A stretch of DNA of 64,000 nucleotides. Source: Azolla caroliniana (taxonomy: Eukaryota > Plantae > Polypodiophyta). Of the stretch, positions 13,088 through 25,600 are shown in pieces (the first letter of the stretch is position 1; every line of letters begins with the position of its first letter). The stretch lies in the NCBI GenBank assembly GCA_043228905.1, contig JBHGNT010000013.1, positions 2,108,001 to 2,172,000 of the forward strand, written 5' to 3'. The notes under the pieces are model-generated. The model was not told where the DNA came from, did no database searches, and saw only the letters and a program-made list of their open reading frames with translations. The position numbers and the translations under genes were made by a program.

Positions 13088-14444
13088 TCGAGGGAAAGTG
13101 TGAACTTGGCAATCTTCGAGGCATCGATTTCGGTCGGCGTGAGGCGGTGCGTGGAGTGGTTAGCCTGCCACGTGGATATGAAGGCACGGACGTGTGACTC
13201 CGCGTCTGGTCCGTCGGTGTATCATGGGTATGGGTACGGCATGATTCATACTTTGGGTCTTCTGGTACCACCGGAAAAGGGTTTAGTTCCGGTTGAGTGA
13301 CCTCCGGAGGGCTCGACGGGGGTTCTGGTGGTGAATCAACTCGCGATCGGGAAAGGATTGGCCAGTGACCGCCGAGTCGGAAGTTCCTTCAACTGGCTCA
13401 GGGCGTTGGGCGGGTGGCCGAGACCTCGTGGTGCGAGAGGGCGCCGTAACGGCGGCTGGTGGTTACCTTCAACGAAGTTCGCTGTGCATTCATAGCTGTA
13501 ACCGGGCGTGCCAAATTGTGCTACCCGTTCCTTTGGGTGAACACCTTCAATAGATCTACGGCTATCGGTCTTCAAGGCCGTGGTACGTGAAGGCTCGTAA
13601 CAGAGGCGTCGAGAGAGATACAGGGCTCAGAGAGAAAACACTAGCGAGCTCTTGATAGACGTGGGCGGTGTTGCACTCATAGGTATGGATCAAAGCACAG
13701 ACTCATGGAGCAAAATGGGCACAAATCAGATCTATTAATATGACAGAAAAAGATTACAGAACACGGCCTATGGCCGGTGACCTTACAAGTTTATCTAGTT
13801 ACGATGGCCTAGGCTAGTGCTTCCGCCTATATTTTTCTTCTCTCCCCACTCTAATGTACTGGTCCTCGTTTAAATAACTTTTCCCCTAATACACAGCCGA
13901 ACCATCGGTGGCCCGTGATACTCAGACTTGGCGTTTGCTAATTTCCTAATTTTACATTTCTGTCCTCTGGACAACATCTTCAGCATCCGTATTTTGGCTT
14001 GGTTCCGTCTGACGAACAACATGTCGTCCACGTATAGATGGAGTATCAGGAAGTCGCCTCCTTCGAACTTCGTCACAAACACGCAGTGATCAGCCTGCGT
14101 GTTGTCGTACCCTTGATCGGTCATGAAGGAGTCGAACTTCTGGTACCATTGTCAGGGAGCCTGCTTCAGTCCGTACAGGCTCTTCTTCAACCGGCATACC
14201 AGGTGCTCCTTCCCTTTCACCACGAATCCATCTGGTTGCTGCATGTAGATCTCCTCTTCAAGGTCACCGTGAAGGAATGCCGTCTTCACGTCCAGCTGCT
14301 CTACCTCGAGGTCCATGCTTGCCACTATACTCAGCACCCTCCGGATGGAGGTCATCTTTACTACCGGGGCAAATATCTCGTTGAAGTCCACACCCTTCTT
14401 CTGTTGGAACCCCTTCACCATGATCCTGGCTTTGTATCTCGAGG
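13088..14444. repeat. Tandem duplication of ~11688-13094 (gag piece + gypsy LTR 13519-13976 + flanking Copia RT)
   Basis: Third copy of the LTR again followed by TCTTC and the same Copia RT sequence; junction microhomology TCGAGGG; ~50-bp deletion between GATCG repeats. Confidence 0.88.
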
Positions 14445-14640
14445 GGTTGCCAGCATCTCCCGGTTTCAACTTGTACACCAACTTATTTCGGAGTGCCCGC
14501 TTTCCTTTCGGCAACTCCACCAATTCGTACGTATGGTTCTCATGCAGGGAATCCATCTCATCTTGCATGTCTCTTAACCATTTTTCGGCTCTGGGTATCA
14601 TCATTCGCTTCTTCGAAGCTTTCTGGCTCCCCCTCATCGG
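13977..14640 (-). pseudogene. pol: Copia RT N-terminal part (partly duplicated at 12624-13090)
   Basis: RYKARIMVKGFQQ, QLDVKTAFLHGDLEEEIYM, SLYGLKQAP, LYVDDM. Confidence 0.93.
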
Positions 14641-14977
14641 TTAGCAACACATGCTCTGCATCTCGAAATCTCTGGGGGGCCCTTCTCTCTCTGAGAGGAT
14701 ATCGCCATCTTTGGGCTTCGATAACCGACTCCTCCATTTGCTCTTCATCCGAATCCGATTCGGGGTCTTGGCCGGTTCCGGTTTCAGCTTCCTCTGCTTC
14801 TTCTTCTGCTGGTTTGGTATCCTCACCGTAACCGGCTGGTTCCTCGAGTGCTAACCGGTCTCTTGCCAGTTGGGTTTGCTCATCGTAGAAACGATCCTTA
14901 CCGATCGACTCGGAGTTCATTATCTTCTTCTCCGACTCCCAGTCGGCGAGCGTCTTGTCCTCCATGAAGATAACATC

Positions 14978-16317
14978 TCAACTCCGGAATACCTTCTTGT
15001 CAACCGGGTCCCACACTCGGTAGCCGAAGTCATCGTTGTCGTAACCGAGGAATATGCATGGCCGGGTCTTTGGATCCAACTTTCCTCTCCGGTCCTTAGC
15101 TACATGCACATACGCGCGACACCAGAACACCTTCAGATGTCGGTAGGACACTTCCTTACCGGTCCATACTCTCTTCGGCGTGTCTCCATCCAAGGGTACT
15201 GAGGGTGATCTGTTTATCACATATGTCGCCGTCGATAGTGCCTCAGCCCAAAACTTCTTGGGTAGTTTTGCATGCGCCAACATACTCCCGACCCTCTCCA
15301 TTATGGTCTGGTTCATCCTCTCGGCCATCCCGTTTAGTTCCAGCGTCTTCGGCACGGTAAATTCGAGCCGGATTCCCTTCGAGCGACAATACTCCTCGAA
15401 CTGCCCCCGGTATTCACCTCCATTATCTTCTCGAACCGCCTTCAGCTTCCGGCCGGTTTCTCTTTCCACTCTCGCGTGGAGCTCTTTGAAGACGAATAGC
15501 ACCTGATCCTTCGTCTTCAACAATGTGGCCCACAACTTCCGGCTGTGGTCATCTAAGAACGTCACGAAGTACTGCGCTCCTGCATGTGACTTCGTGTCCA
15601 CTTGACATACATCAGTATGCACCAACTCCAGTGGTGCATTACGTCTCATCGGTGGCCTCGATCGGAAGGAGATCTGGTTTTGTTTACCGGCCAGACAATA
15701 AGTGCACTTCTCCAAGTGCACGTTCTTCACTAGAATGAGGTTGTCTTCTGCAAGCCTCTTCATCCCCTTCTCGCTCATATGACACAACCTCTTGTGCCAC
15801 AGCTCACCGGCAGTGTCGGATGCTACGTTCACTTCCTCGGGACATAACCGGGCATTCATCAGGTACAACGTGTTGACCTTCCGGGCCCGAGCCACAATCA
15901 GGCTCCCTTTGTTGAACTTCATAACATCGTTCCGGATGCTACCCGTGTAGCCTTCATCATCTAGCCGACCGGCTGATATCAGGTTCAGTCGAACCTCCGG
16001 AACGTGTCAGACATCCTTTAACAGCATCTTGCATCCAGTTGGTGTTGACAGCCACACGTCTCCTATGCCGACAATTCGGCATGTACCTCCATCCCCCATC
16101 CGGACACAACCGTGATCACCTGCTGAGTAGGATGAGAAGCATTTCCGGTCCAGGGTAAGGTGGAACGACGCTCCGGAGTCGACCATCCACGTCATCTCGT
16201 CACCGGCAAGGTTTAGCTCACTCTCCTCGGTGATAGGCATCAACTCTTCTTCACTTGCCGCGATTGCCGTTGTTCCCTTCCGGTTCGGCCCCCTCCGGTC
16301 TTTACCGTTTCGGTCCG
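14978..16317 (-). pseudogene. pol: Copia protease + GAG-pre-integrase + integrase
   Basis: WMVDSGASFH; LWHKRLCH...C..C; LELVHTDV, DNGGEY, NGMAERMN. Confidence 0.93.
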
Positions 16318-16975
16318 GTGCGTCAACATTGTACTTCACCTTATATACCCATTTGCAACCGATTGGTTTACAGTATCAGGGAGGGTCAACTAGGTCCCAT
16401 GTATCGTTGGCATCAAGTAACCGCATTTCTTCCTTCATTGCAGCATGCCAATTTGCGTCTTTTGTTGCTTCTGTGTAGCTCTCCGGCTCACGCACTTCCG
16501 CCACCTTAGTCATGTACGCATAGTGATGCGCCATGTACTCATTGTACCCATACCTCATGACGGTTTTCTTTTGACGGGTTGCCTAGCGTAACTTCTCGTT
16601 ACACGGTTTGAGGCCCTTCTTGGCCGATTCAGACTTCTTTTTTGAAGATCCGCCTTCTTCCTTTCCGGGGTAAGATTTGTTCTGGTCCAACCCTTTAGTG
16701 CTGGTATCATATTCCGACATCTTCTTCTTCCCCTTCTCTTTGCACATGAACCGCTTCCTCGGTTCCTTGCGCGGGGAGAGCACGTCAGAGTCTCCACTAC
16801 TCGTCGGTTCTTCATCCGACTGGTCATCCCGACTCAGCCACTTAGCCAGAATGAGATCAAACTCTCATCTAGAGTACCGAATCCTTCATCTTCATCTTGA
16901 ACCCCTCTAGGTTAACTAGCCTCATCCTCCGGAATCCAGTCTTCGTTGGGACTTAGAGTCGTTAGGGAGTTCGTA
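16318..16975 (-). pseudogene. pol: Fragment of a second Copia family (INT-RT linker and RT start)
   Basis: RYGYNEYMAHHYAYMTKVAEVREPESY...TWDLV; homologous to 30700-31280 and 48650-49300. Confidence 0.85.
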
Positions 16976-17526
16976 CATGTGACACTTGTTGTTGAGCCAA
17001 AATACCCAATCATTGTACTTATGGCTTGTTACAACCATTACCGCCTCCAACTAAGCCATGATAGTCTACTTCTATGGATTTCATTACGGATCTGCCACCT
17101 TCAAAAGGATTTAATACTATTTTAACAGTAGTCGATCGATTTACCAAGTGGCACATTTTTTACCATGTGTAAAGAGCATCAGTAGTCAGGAAACCATAGA
17201 TCTCATTGTGCATGAAGTGTCATCCACAAACTGACGGACAAACAGAGCGCACAAATCAAACGCTCGAGCAATATCTTCATTGCTTCATCAATTATCAACA
17301 ACATGATTGTAGTAATATTTAGAACTGTTTGCACCTTGAAGGGATCGATAGATATACCTTGTTGTGAAACCACATACCCTAGAAGCTCCACGTGGTTTTG
17401 ATCAAAGCTACATTTCTTGAGATTGCCATAGAGCCCGTATTCTCGTATGCATCGGAGGACTTGGCGGACATGTGTGTCATGCTCTTCTTGACTTTTTGAG
17501 TAGATCAAGATGTCATCAAGATATAC
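16976..17526. pseudogene. pol: Tcn1-like chromovirus fragments: integrase (+, ~16976-17315) and RT (-, ~17316-17526)
   Basis: Integrase piece nearly identical to 49300-49650; RT piece [15 protein letters not shown] matches 63370-63580. Confidence 0.75.
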
Positions 17527-18010
17527 TATTACTGGCCAGCAAAGGAGTCCAGAGTGTGAAACGGGGAGTTATTTAATTGTTAGGAATGGTTGTAAGTAAG
17601 CTATGAGTGTGGACAGACGGACCGGAATCGGTCTGCTGTTCCGGATCCGGACCAATCCCGAATAGGTGCGGATGGTACTATTTTGTACTACAGACCGGAA
17701 ACCTATTTAAAGGCCCGGATACAATGTAATGAGCAGCAGTTAATTAATAAAGCTTAGCGTTTTTATCTCTTTGTGTTAATTGCCGTTCTGCATTCATTGT
17801 TATATCTTACGCATGTGAATATGAAGGACGATCTTGCTAAGTAACCTAATTAAGTCGGATTAATCGTTGGGTGTAATCCTATTGCCGTAACACCCCTTTG
17901 GTGAACTGTCTTCCGTAGACACCCTATGTTAGGCCATTGTCCGGCCCTAAGAGTTAACACAGTTTTTGGTGACTACGATTCCAGTTTTTGCAGTGAACGA
18001 CAACACGGAT

Positions 18011-19825
18011 GGATGACTAGATCAACGCACGACCTTGTTATAGATCGAACTCAATGCCTTGCCGAAAGGCAAAGGAGACGTGAGGCTTTCCAGCAAGCGG
18101 CGCAGGAAATTAGAGCGGATCGCTCGTTTTTCAACGTAATCTAGAGAGTAGCGGAGGAGTCCCTCTGGTTACAGCAAACATCGCACCCGGACGATGGCAG
18201 CAGCCTAAGCAGCCTCCGGGAAACCGAATCCCTTCTCCAGGCGTTGGCAAGCGGAGAAGGCGAAGCAGAAGCCTTTTCAGCGTATGAATCAGATTCCGAA
18301 GGGAATACAACGTGCACACGAACTACCGTAACAACAATGAAACCCCGGGTGGATTGGAGGACGAAGGATCGGACACCTTACCGACACCGGAACCGGAATT
18401 GCTAAGGCTGGAACCTCCAGAACCAGCAGTGGAAGAGCGACCTCCGACACCGGAAGTGAGGAGGAGAGGCCTCCGTCACCAAAAGAAGAGGAAAGACCAC
18501 CAACGCCGGAAACAAATCAGGAAAGACCACCGACGCCGGAGAAAAAGCAGGAACGACCACCAACACTGTCTGCCCACGCACCGATACTGGACGACGACAT
18601 GCCGTTCCAGTACTCCAAGTATAGAGATGATCCGGACGCAGAAGCTCATGTTCACGCCTTTGAACAGACATGGGAAGCAAACCATGTGTCCCAGCGATTG
18701 ACCCCGGAGGAAGAGGAACGCTCTAAGATAGCGGAATTTGGCATCACATTGGAGGAACCGGCAGCAAGATGGCGCCGGATGCAGGACCCGTCTACCATCA
18801 CCACCTTTGCAGATTTAAAAGCTAAATTCTTGCATTTTTTCCAAAAGGAGGTGGACCAGACAGTAATGGTGGGCTTATTTTATACCATCTGACATGAGGC
18901 AGGGGAGAGCATTCCCCAGTTTGTCATCCGGTTTCAACGGATGCATAGTCAGCTTGCCCGTGCACCTCCGGAGGAGGAATTACGGACTATATTTCTCAAT
19001 GCGCTCCGGGAAACCCTACGCACGGTTTGCACGGTAATTGACTTCCACAGAAGTACCATCGACCAGGTCATTGACCGGGTGAGAGAGATGGAAAAGACAA
19101 GCTCCTGGCTCACACTGGGAGCACTCCAACGGGTGTTACCGTCCGATGAAGACCTTCAGTTTCGGCAAGCAATACCGTGCACAACCTGCTTGAATTCGGG
19201 ACACTCGGCACTAGAATGCACTATGAGGAAGCAATGTGTAATCTGTCAATCCAAGGGCCATACGACGGATAGGTGCGAGTATAATCTACTGAACCGGCAA
19301 GCACCGCCCGTCTGACAAATAGAGCCACGCAACAACCGGGATGAAGAAGAGGAACGCTGGCGGCGAATGGACCACGAACGACCGGCACAGGATGTCCGGT
19401 ATGGCGATCAACGGGAGAATGATGTCCGGTACAGTGATCGGCGGGATAACTACGACCGGCACGATAGATATGATCGGTACCGGGATTACAATAGACGATA
19501 CGAACATTACGACCGGGAGCACTCCCCCGGGTATCGTCAGCAACGGGAGGAATACGACAGATATAACAACCAACCTCGTCAAGAGTACCACAATAAGAAG
19601 AACTATAACAAAAAACGACAGTTCAAAAAAGGCGGCTACCCACGAGATCTGGAACAAGGAGCTTCAAGCAGCCAACCGGCCCAAAACCCCACACTTACCA
19701 CAGGACCGGCCTCGGGTACAACAGACAATGCCGAATCCAGCAATACCCGGAAAGCCTACTGCTACTATTGCCGACAGGAAGGTCATTATAGTAATCAATG
19801 CCCGGCGAAGAGCTATGACAAATGA
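18011..19825 (+). pseudogene. gag: Gypsy gag with several zinc knuckles
   Basis: DAEAHVHAFEQTWEANH; CTTCLNSGHSALEC, CVICQSKGHTTDRC and CYYCRQEGHYSNQC (CCHC); in-frame stops. Confidence 0.88.
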
Positions 19826-19837
19826 CCGGCAGTAAAT

Positions 19838-22654
19838 ATGGTAGTCCCTGAAGTGGCAGATCTGCAGCAGGTGACCACAAGGTCGAAGGGCATGGCCAAG
19901 GAATGGGAGACGCGGGAGACCATTCGGAAGCAAGCGACGGAATGGGTGAAGAAAGCAAACGAGCAAAACGCAATAGACTTACAACGGCAAAAGGAGAACA
20001 CCGTAGGGCTTGCCAGCGGCAGTCACGCCGGAAACGAGACATGGCAGGTGTTGCAAGAATGCCAGATTACGCTGCCACTAGGATGACTCCTTCAACTCGT
20101 GCCGAGATTCACAAAAGGACTGAAGACAGCGATGACGGAAGGAGAATCATCACCGGCACCGGTACTCTTCTTGAATCCGGAGGAGGGACCAACGGTGGTG
20201 AACACCAACAGTCCGGTAATTACTGCAATTGTAAAAGGGAAAGAACTCCCCGGCACAGTAATAGACGGAGGCTCCAGGGTGAATGTAATAAGCCTCCGGA
20301 CGTGTGATGCCCTAGGAATCCACGAGTGGGAGCCATGTCCGTTCTGGTTACGGATGGCCGATACAAGCTCAGTGCGGTCGACAGGATTAATATGAAAATT
20401 AGAAGTCACCGTTGGCGGTCATACATTTCACATCTCGGCAGTAGTGCTACAATTACAGGCACAAGGCGCATACCCGCTATTGTTGGGGCAGCCGTGGTTG
20501 AAAATGGCACATATCAAACAGAATTGGAGGAAAAATATAATTAAATTCCGGCGAGGAAAAGCTAAGGTACGCGTACCAACACAACCAAGGACGAGCACGG
20601 CCAAGGAATGTACACCGTTGTATGCAAAGTGCATCAACATGCTAGAAGGGTTAGCTGACGAAGAAGAAGCTCAGTACTTGCAGGAAAACCCGAAGATCGT
20701 ACCCCTCTTCGAAATTGACATTGCCGAAGCAGTAGCACCATACTTCCCGCAGCCGGAAGAGACTGAAGCAGAACCGGATAAAGACGCAATCCGAGAGTTA
20801 CGGCAAGCGCACGAAGCGTTGGAACGGGAAATGGCCGTTTCATAGCGCGTAAAAGCGTCGCAACGGGCGAAGAGGTGAACCTAGGGACCACGGACGAAGC
20901 AAAACTGGTGCACATCACCAAGGAGATGAAGTCCAAAGACAAAACAACGATGATCACACTTCTCACGGAATTTCGCGACTTGTTTGCATGGTCATACGAA
21001 GACATGCGAGGGCTCGACTCTCAGTTATACCAGCATCAGATTCACTTGAGCAAGGACGCAAAACCAGTGGCACAAAGACGGTACCAGATGAATCCCAATT
21101 ATGCCGCCAAAGTCAAGGAGGAAATCGACAAACTGCTAAGAGTTGGCTTTATCCGTCCTGTAAAGAAAGCGACATGACTGAGCCCGATCGTAGTCATACC
21201 GAAAAAGAACAGAAAAATTCGAGTTTGTGTGGACTACCGGAAACTCAATGCGGCTACGGTAACGGATGCATTTCCACTTCCGTTCACAGATGGAGTGTTG
21301 GATGCCGTCGCCAGACATGAGGTCTATAGTTTTCTAGACGGATTCAGCGGGTATAATCAGATCCGGATGCACCTCGACGACCAAGAGAAAACGGCTTTCG
21401 TCACCGAATGGGGGGTGTTTGTGGCCGTGGTGATGATGTTCGGACTCAAAACGGCACCGGCAACATTTCAACGTATCATCATGGAAATATTTGGTGAATA
21501 TATCCCGGCTTTTATGCAGGTTTTCCTTGACGATTTCGCCGTCTATAGCCGGGAGGAGGACCATTTTCAGCACCTCCGTCTTTGTCTAGAAAAGTGTAGA
21601 GCGTACCGGCTAAGCTTGAATCCGGCAAAGTGTGTATTTGGCGTGTCCAGTGGAACCTTATTAGGACATATTGTGAGCCAGGAAGGTATTGCAGTCGACC
21701 CAGACAAAGTGAAAGCCATATTAGAAGCACCGGCGCCGGCAACGGCAAAGGCATTGAGCCGGTTCTTAGGCCAGATTCGGTGGCACAGCCGGATGCTCCG
21801 ATACTTGGCCGACCTGGCTACACCGTTGCATGCCGCCGTACATCGGACACCATTCCGGTGGACCGACACCGAGGATAGGGCGTATAGGGCCCTCAAGGTA
21901 CTATTGTCGCAAGCACCGGTAGTGCAGCCTCCGGATTGGAGTAAAGAATTTCATGTATTCGTGGACGCCTCCGACATCGCAATCGGAAGCGTATTGATGG
22001 AGCTTACGGAGCCAAAGTGGTACCGGCCAGTATACTATGCCAGCCGAAAGTTATCCCAAGCGGAATGGAACTACTCTACCATGGAACGGGAAGCTCTAGG
22101 GATGATCTACAATGTGACAAAGTTTCAGCATTATTTATTGGGAAGGAAGTTTTCCTTCCATGTAGATCGTTCGGCACTCCTTTACCTGGTGTCCAAGGCG
22201 TCACTCATCGGTAAGTAAGCCCGGTGGACCTTACTGTTACAGGAATTCGAGTTCGAAATATTCCACCGACCCGGGATACAGCATGCCGTAATGGATTACT
22301 TAAGCTGATTAGAGTCCGAGGAGACGGGTGACGGAGTAGCGGACGAGTTTCCGGATGCGGAGCTGTTTCGAGTCACTACGGAAATGGCAGCAGATGAGAT
22401 GGTGGCATAGGAAGACAAGTGGCTCACAAATATGCACTAGTTTCTAAGCACAGGACTGCCTCCGGAAGAGATGAACCGGGACAAAAGGAAACTCCTGGTG
22501 GTGCAAAGCCGATATTTCTGCTTACTGCAAGACATACATTACCACAAGGGCGCGGATGGCATATGGAGACGGGCTGTGCGCAGCGATGAAAAGGACCTCA
22601 TACTGAGGGAAGCCCACTACGGAGTTGCCGGAGGTCACTATGCCGGAGATGCAG
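19838..22654 (+). pseudogene. pol: Gypsy pol: protease, RT, RNase H, start of integrase
   Basis: VIDGGSRVN, DYRKLN, FLDGFSGYNQI, FLDDF, VDASDIAIG; many TGA/TAG stops. Confidence 0.95.
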
Positions 22655-25600
22655 TGTCGTAGTGTATTTCGTACACTACGTGAAAAAGTAAAAATAATAT
22701 AACCGATTTAATTACATATAAATAAATAAAATAAGAATATCAAGATATTTATCACCAATAAATAAAATAAGAATATCAAGATATTTATCACGTGCATAGG
22801 GCAAGATTTGAACCTTGTACCTCCACGTAGCCAAACCTCAACTTTACCATTATGCTACCTTATCTTTAGTGTTCTACAAATAGATTTAATAACTATAAGT
22901 TCTTTATTTGCACCTACCTTTATTAAAAGGTAAATCGTGCATTTTTAGAGTGCGTGAATAGAAAAACGCAAGCAACTAAAAAGTGACTCATGCACATCTA
23001 GCGTGCATGAGCACTATATTTAGCAAATAAAAGCAAGGATTAGAAAAGCATCACATGCACATTTAGTGTGCATGAACATATTAGAAAAAAAAAGCATGTA
23101 GCTATGCTTAGTCTCTCCCATCACTACATAAGGATGGGGAGCACAATGTAATAGGTGTGTGAAATATTTGGAAATTGGATATATTTCCGAAAACACCAAC
23201 CGATTAATATAATCGTGGGATTCACGAAAATAATATAATCTATGCGTGTGGGATTCACAAGTTTCTTATATCTTTCTTTCAATCTAAATACATATTCTTA
23301 TCTAAATATTGATTAATCGAATAAAATACACTCGTGGGATTCACGAAATTTCTATCTCTCTTTCTAATAATCTATTTATTACTAGCCTCATCTCATATTC
23401 TTCTTTCTCCTAGTCCAAAACCTCGGCGGTTCCCACCCGACTCACGCAACGATCCGGAGCCGAAAGGCACGACACAGTTGGTGAACCCGACGTGAAGGCG
23501 GGTGGCAAGGAGATGGAGAATCAACAAGAGGCACTGAGCATAACGATGATGATGATGTTCGAGCGGATGCTACAAGAACAACGAGTGATGTCGGAGATCA
23601 CGGGGGCAGTAAAGCGGCTCGTACAACGAAACGGACAATTCAACGGAAACGATGTGTCACGCTATCTACGTGACTACAAGGCGGAGATGATACGATGTGG
23701 GATACCGGAAGGATTGCAAGTGACATCCTTCAATCGGGTGGCCACGGATGAGCTACAAGAGAGAATCCACAAGATACGGCAACAAAACTCGACATGGGGG
23801 TCATTCGAAGAAGCTTTACGAGAGGCATATGATTACAAGAGATCAAAGGGACAAGATCGGCGAGAATTCGACGAATGGGTGGCATCGGAGAAGACCCACC
23901 GAAGTGCAACACAAGCATTCCTAGAGTTCGAGCATCGTTTTGCTCGACTCTCGGAGCGAGAACAACGATTGGTGGGAGAGGATAAAGTCCTAATGTTCGT
24001 AAAATCGATCGATCGAAAAGAAAGGATGGACATCGGGATCGAACTCGAAGACGATGAAGGTACAAATGGTCTTACTGAAGATTGGGCCGAAGTCCAAAGG
24101 GTATGCCGGAGACATGATGAGAGAAAGATGAGAATCTTGTCAACGACATGGCTGATGAAGGATGGTCGATTGAAGACAAACGATGGAGCCGATATGAAGG
24201 CCGAAATACAACATGATGGTGCGATGGAAGAGGGTGTAAAACAAGCTACCCTCTTGTCTTGCGAAAGAACAACGACGAAAGATAAGGCCAATAACCCAAG
24301 TGTAGAAGAAGATTTCGGATTACAAGTGTCCGAAACATCGGGTGAAAAAGGGGTAAGCATAATTGATGCAGTGAAAGAGAGCAAGGAGGACTTGATTGAG
24401 GAGGTCACCACGAAAGATGCCATCGAATCGAAGGTGGCTATGGACGAATCAACGACGGATGGCCATATCAAGACTTTCCCACCACTGATTTCAGAGACTC
24501 CGGCGGTTGCGTTTGAAAGGCAACGTGAGACCGAAGAGACGAAAGGTGGCGGAGAGAAAACAAAGGTCGAAGCCGATGTGTATGACGGAGAGATAGCCGA
24601 GAATATGGCTATGGGTGAAACAACGGAGGATGATAATACCGAGGATTCCTGCCCACTAATCCTAGAGACTTCGGCGGTTGTGTCTGAGAAGCAACGTGAG
24701 ACCGAAGAGACGGGAGGTGGCGGCAAGAAAGGTAAAGTCGGAAGCCAGTTAGGATGGAAGGTGATCCGGACGGGATTCCGATCCGAAAGAAAGCCGAACC
24801 GGGTAAAAGAGGATTCGACCGAAAGTCGACCCGAAAGAAAGCCGAACCGAAAGGAAGAGAATTCGGCCGAAAGACGACACAAACGAAAGCTGAATCAGGT
24901 GAATGAGGATTCGGCCGAAAGACGACCCGAAAGAAAGCCGACCCGAAAAGGGGTCGACTTGGTCAAAACCGATCGACCGAGTCTGACTTGGTCGAACGCG
25001 AATATGGATGGAAGCCGACCTAGCCGAAAGCCGATCGGACGAGACCGATCCGGAAAGAAGCTAATCCGACTCAACCGAAGGTTGGACCGGTCGAGACTGG
25101 TGAAAACGAGGAAAAGAAAGCCAACCGAAACCGAAACCGATAGATCGAAACCGGGCCGAAAGGAGACCGACTCAATCGAAACCGAACAACCGATTCCGAT
25201 TCGGCCGAATACGAATCCGATCGGAAGCCGATCAAACCGAAAGTCGATCGGACGAGAGCGATTCGGAAAAAAGTCAAGGTTGATGAAGACAAGAAAGAGG
25301 CCAGTAAAAGACACTACCACGAATGACAAGGGCCAAGAATATGACGAGGGAGAACAAAGAATATGGTGGATCGGATGGCGACAATGGTTCGGGTGGAAAG
25401 AATGGGTCTACTCAAAATGGAGAGACAAAGTTGACATAGCGGGACAAATGGAGGATGAAGGGGAGACAACGAGCATCGACAACTTCGGCACATACCGGAG
25501 GATGTGCGGGTTCGGAGGGGGCGAGTGTCCTAGTGTATTTCGTACACTACGTGAAAAAGTAAAAATAATATAACCGATTTAATTACATATAAATAAATAA

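Larger units (their letters stand above)
1856..16317 (-). mobile_element. Ty1/copia retrotransposon (Tnt1/Tork-like), 5'-truncated, interrupted by a gypsy element
   Basis: 3' LTR 1856-2619 (TGTCAGGAA...TTCCTAACA) with adjacent PPT; domain order PR-INT-RT-RH on the minus strand. Confidence 0.9.

Noticed and set aside
23833-24882. 349-aa antisense ORF and the many other short overlapping ORFs in the track
   Set aside because: Shadow frames of low-complexity or GC-rich retroelement coding sequence with no recognisable motifs.
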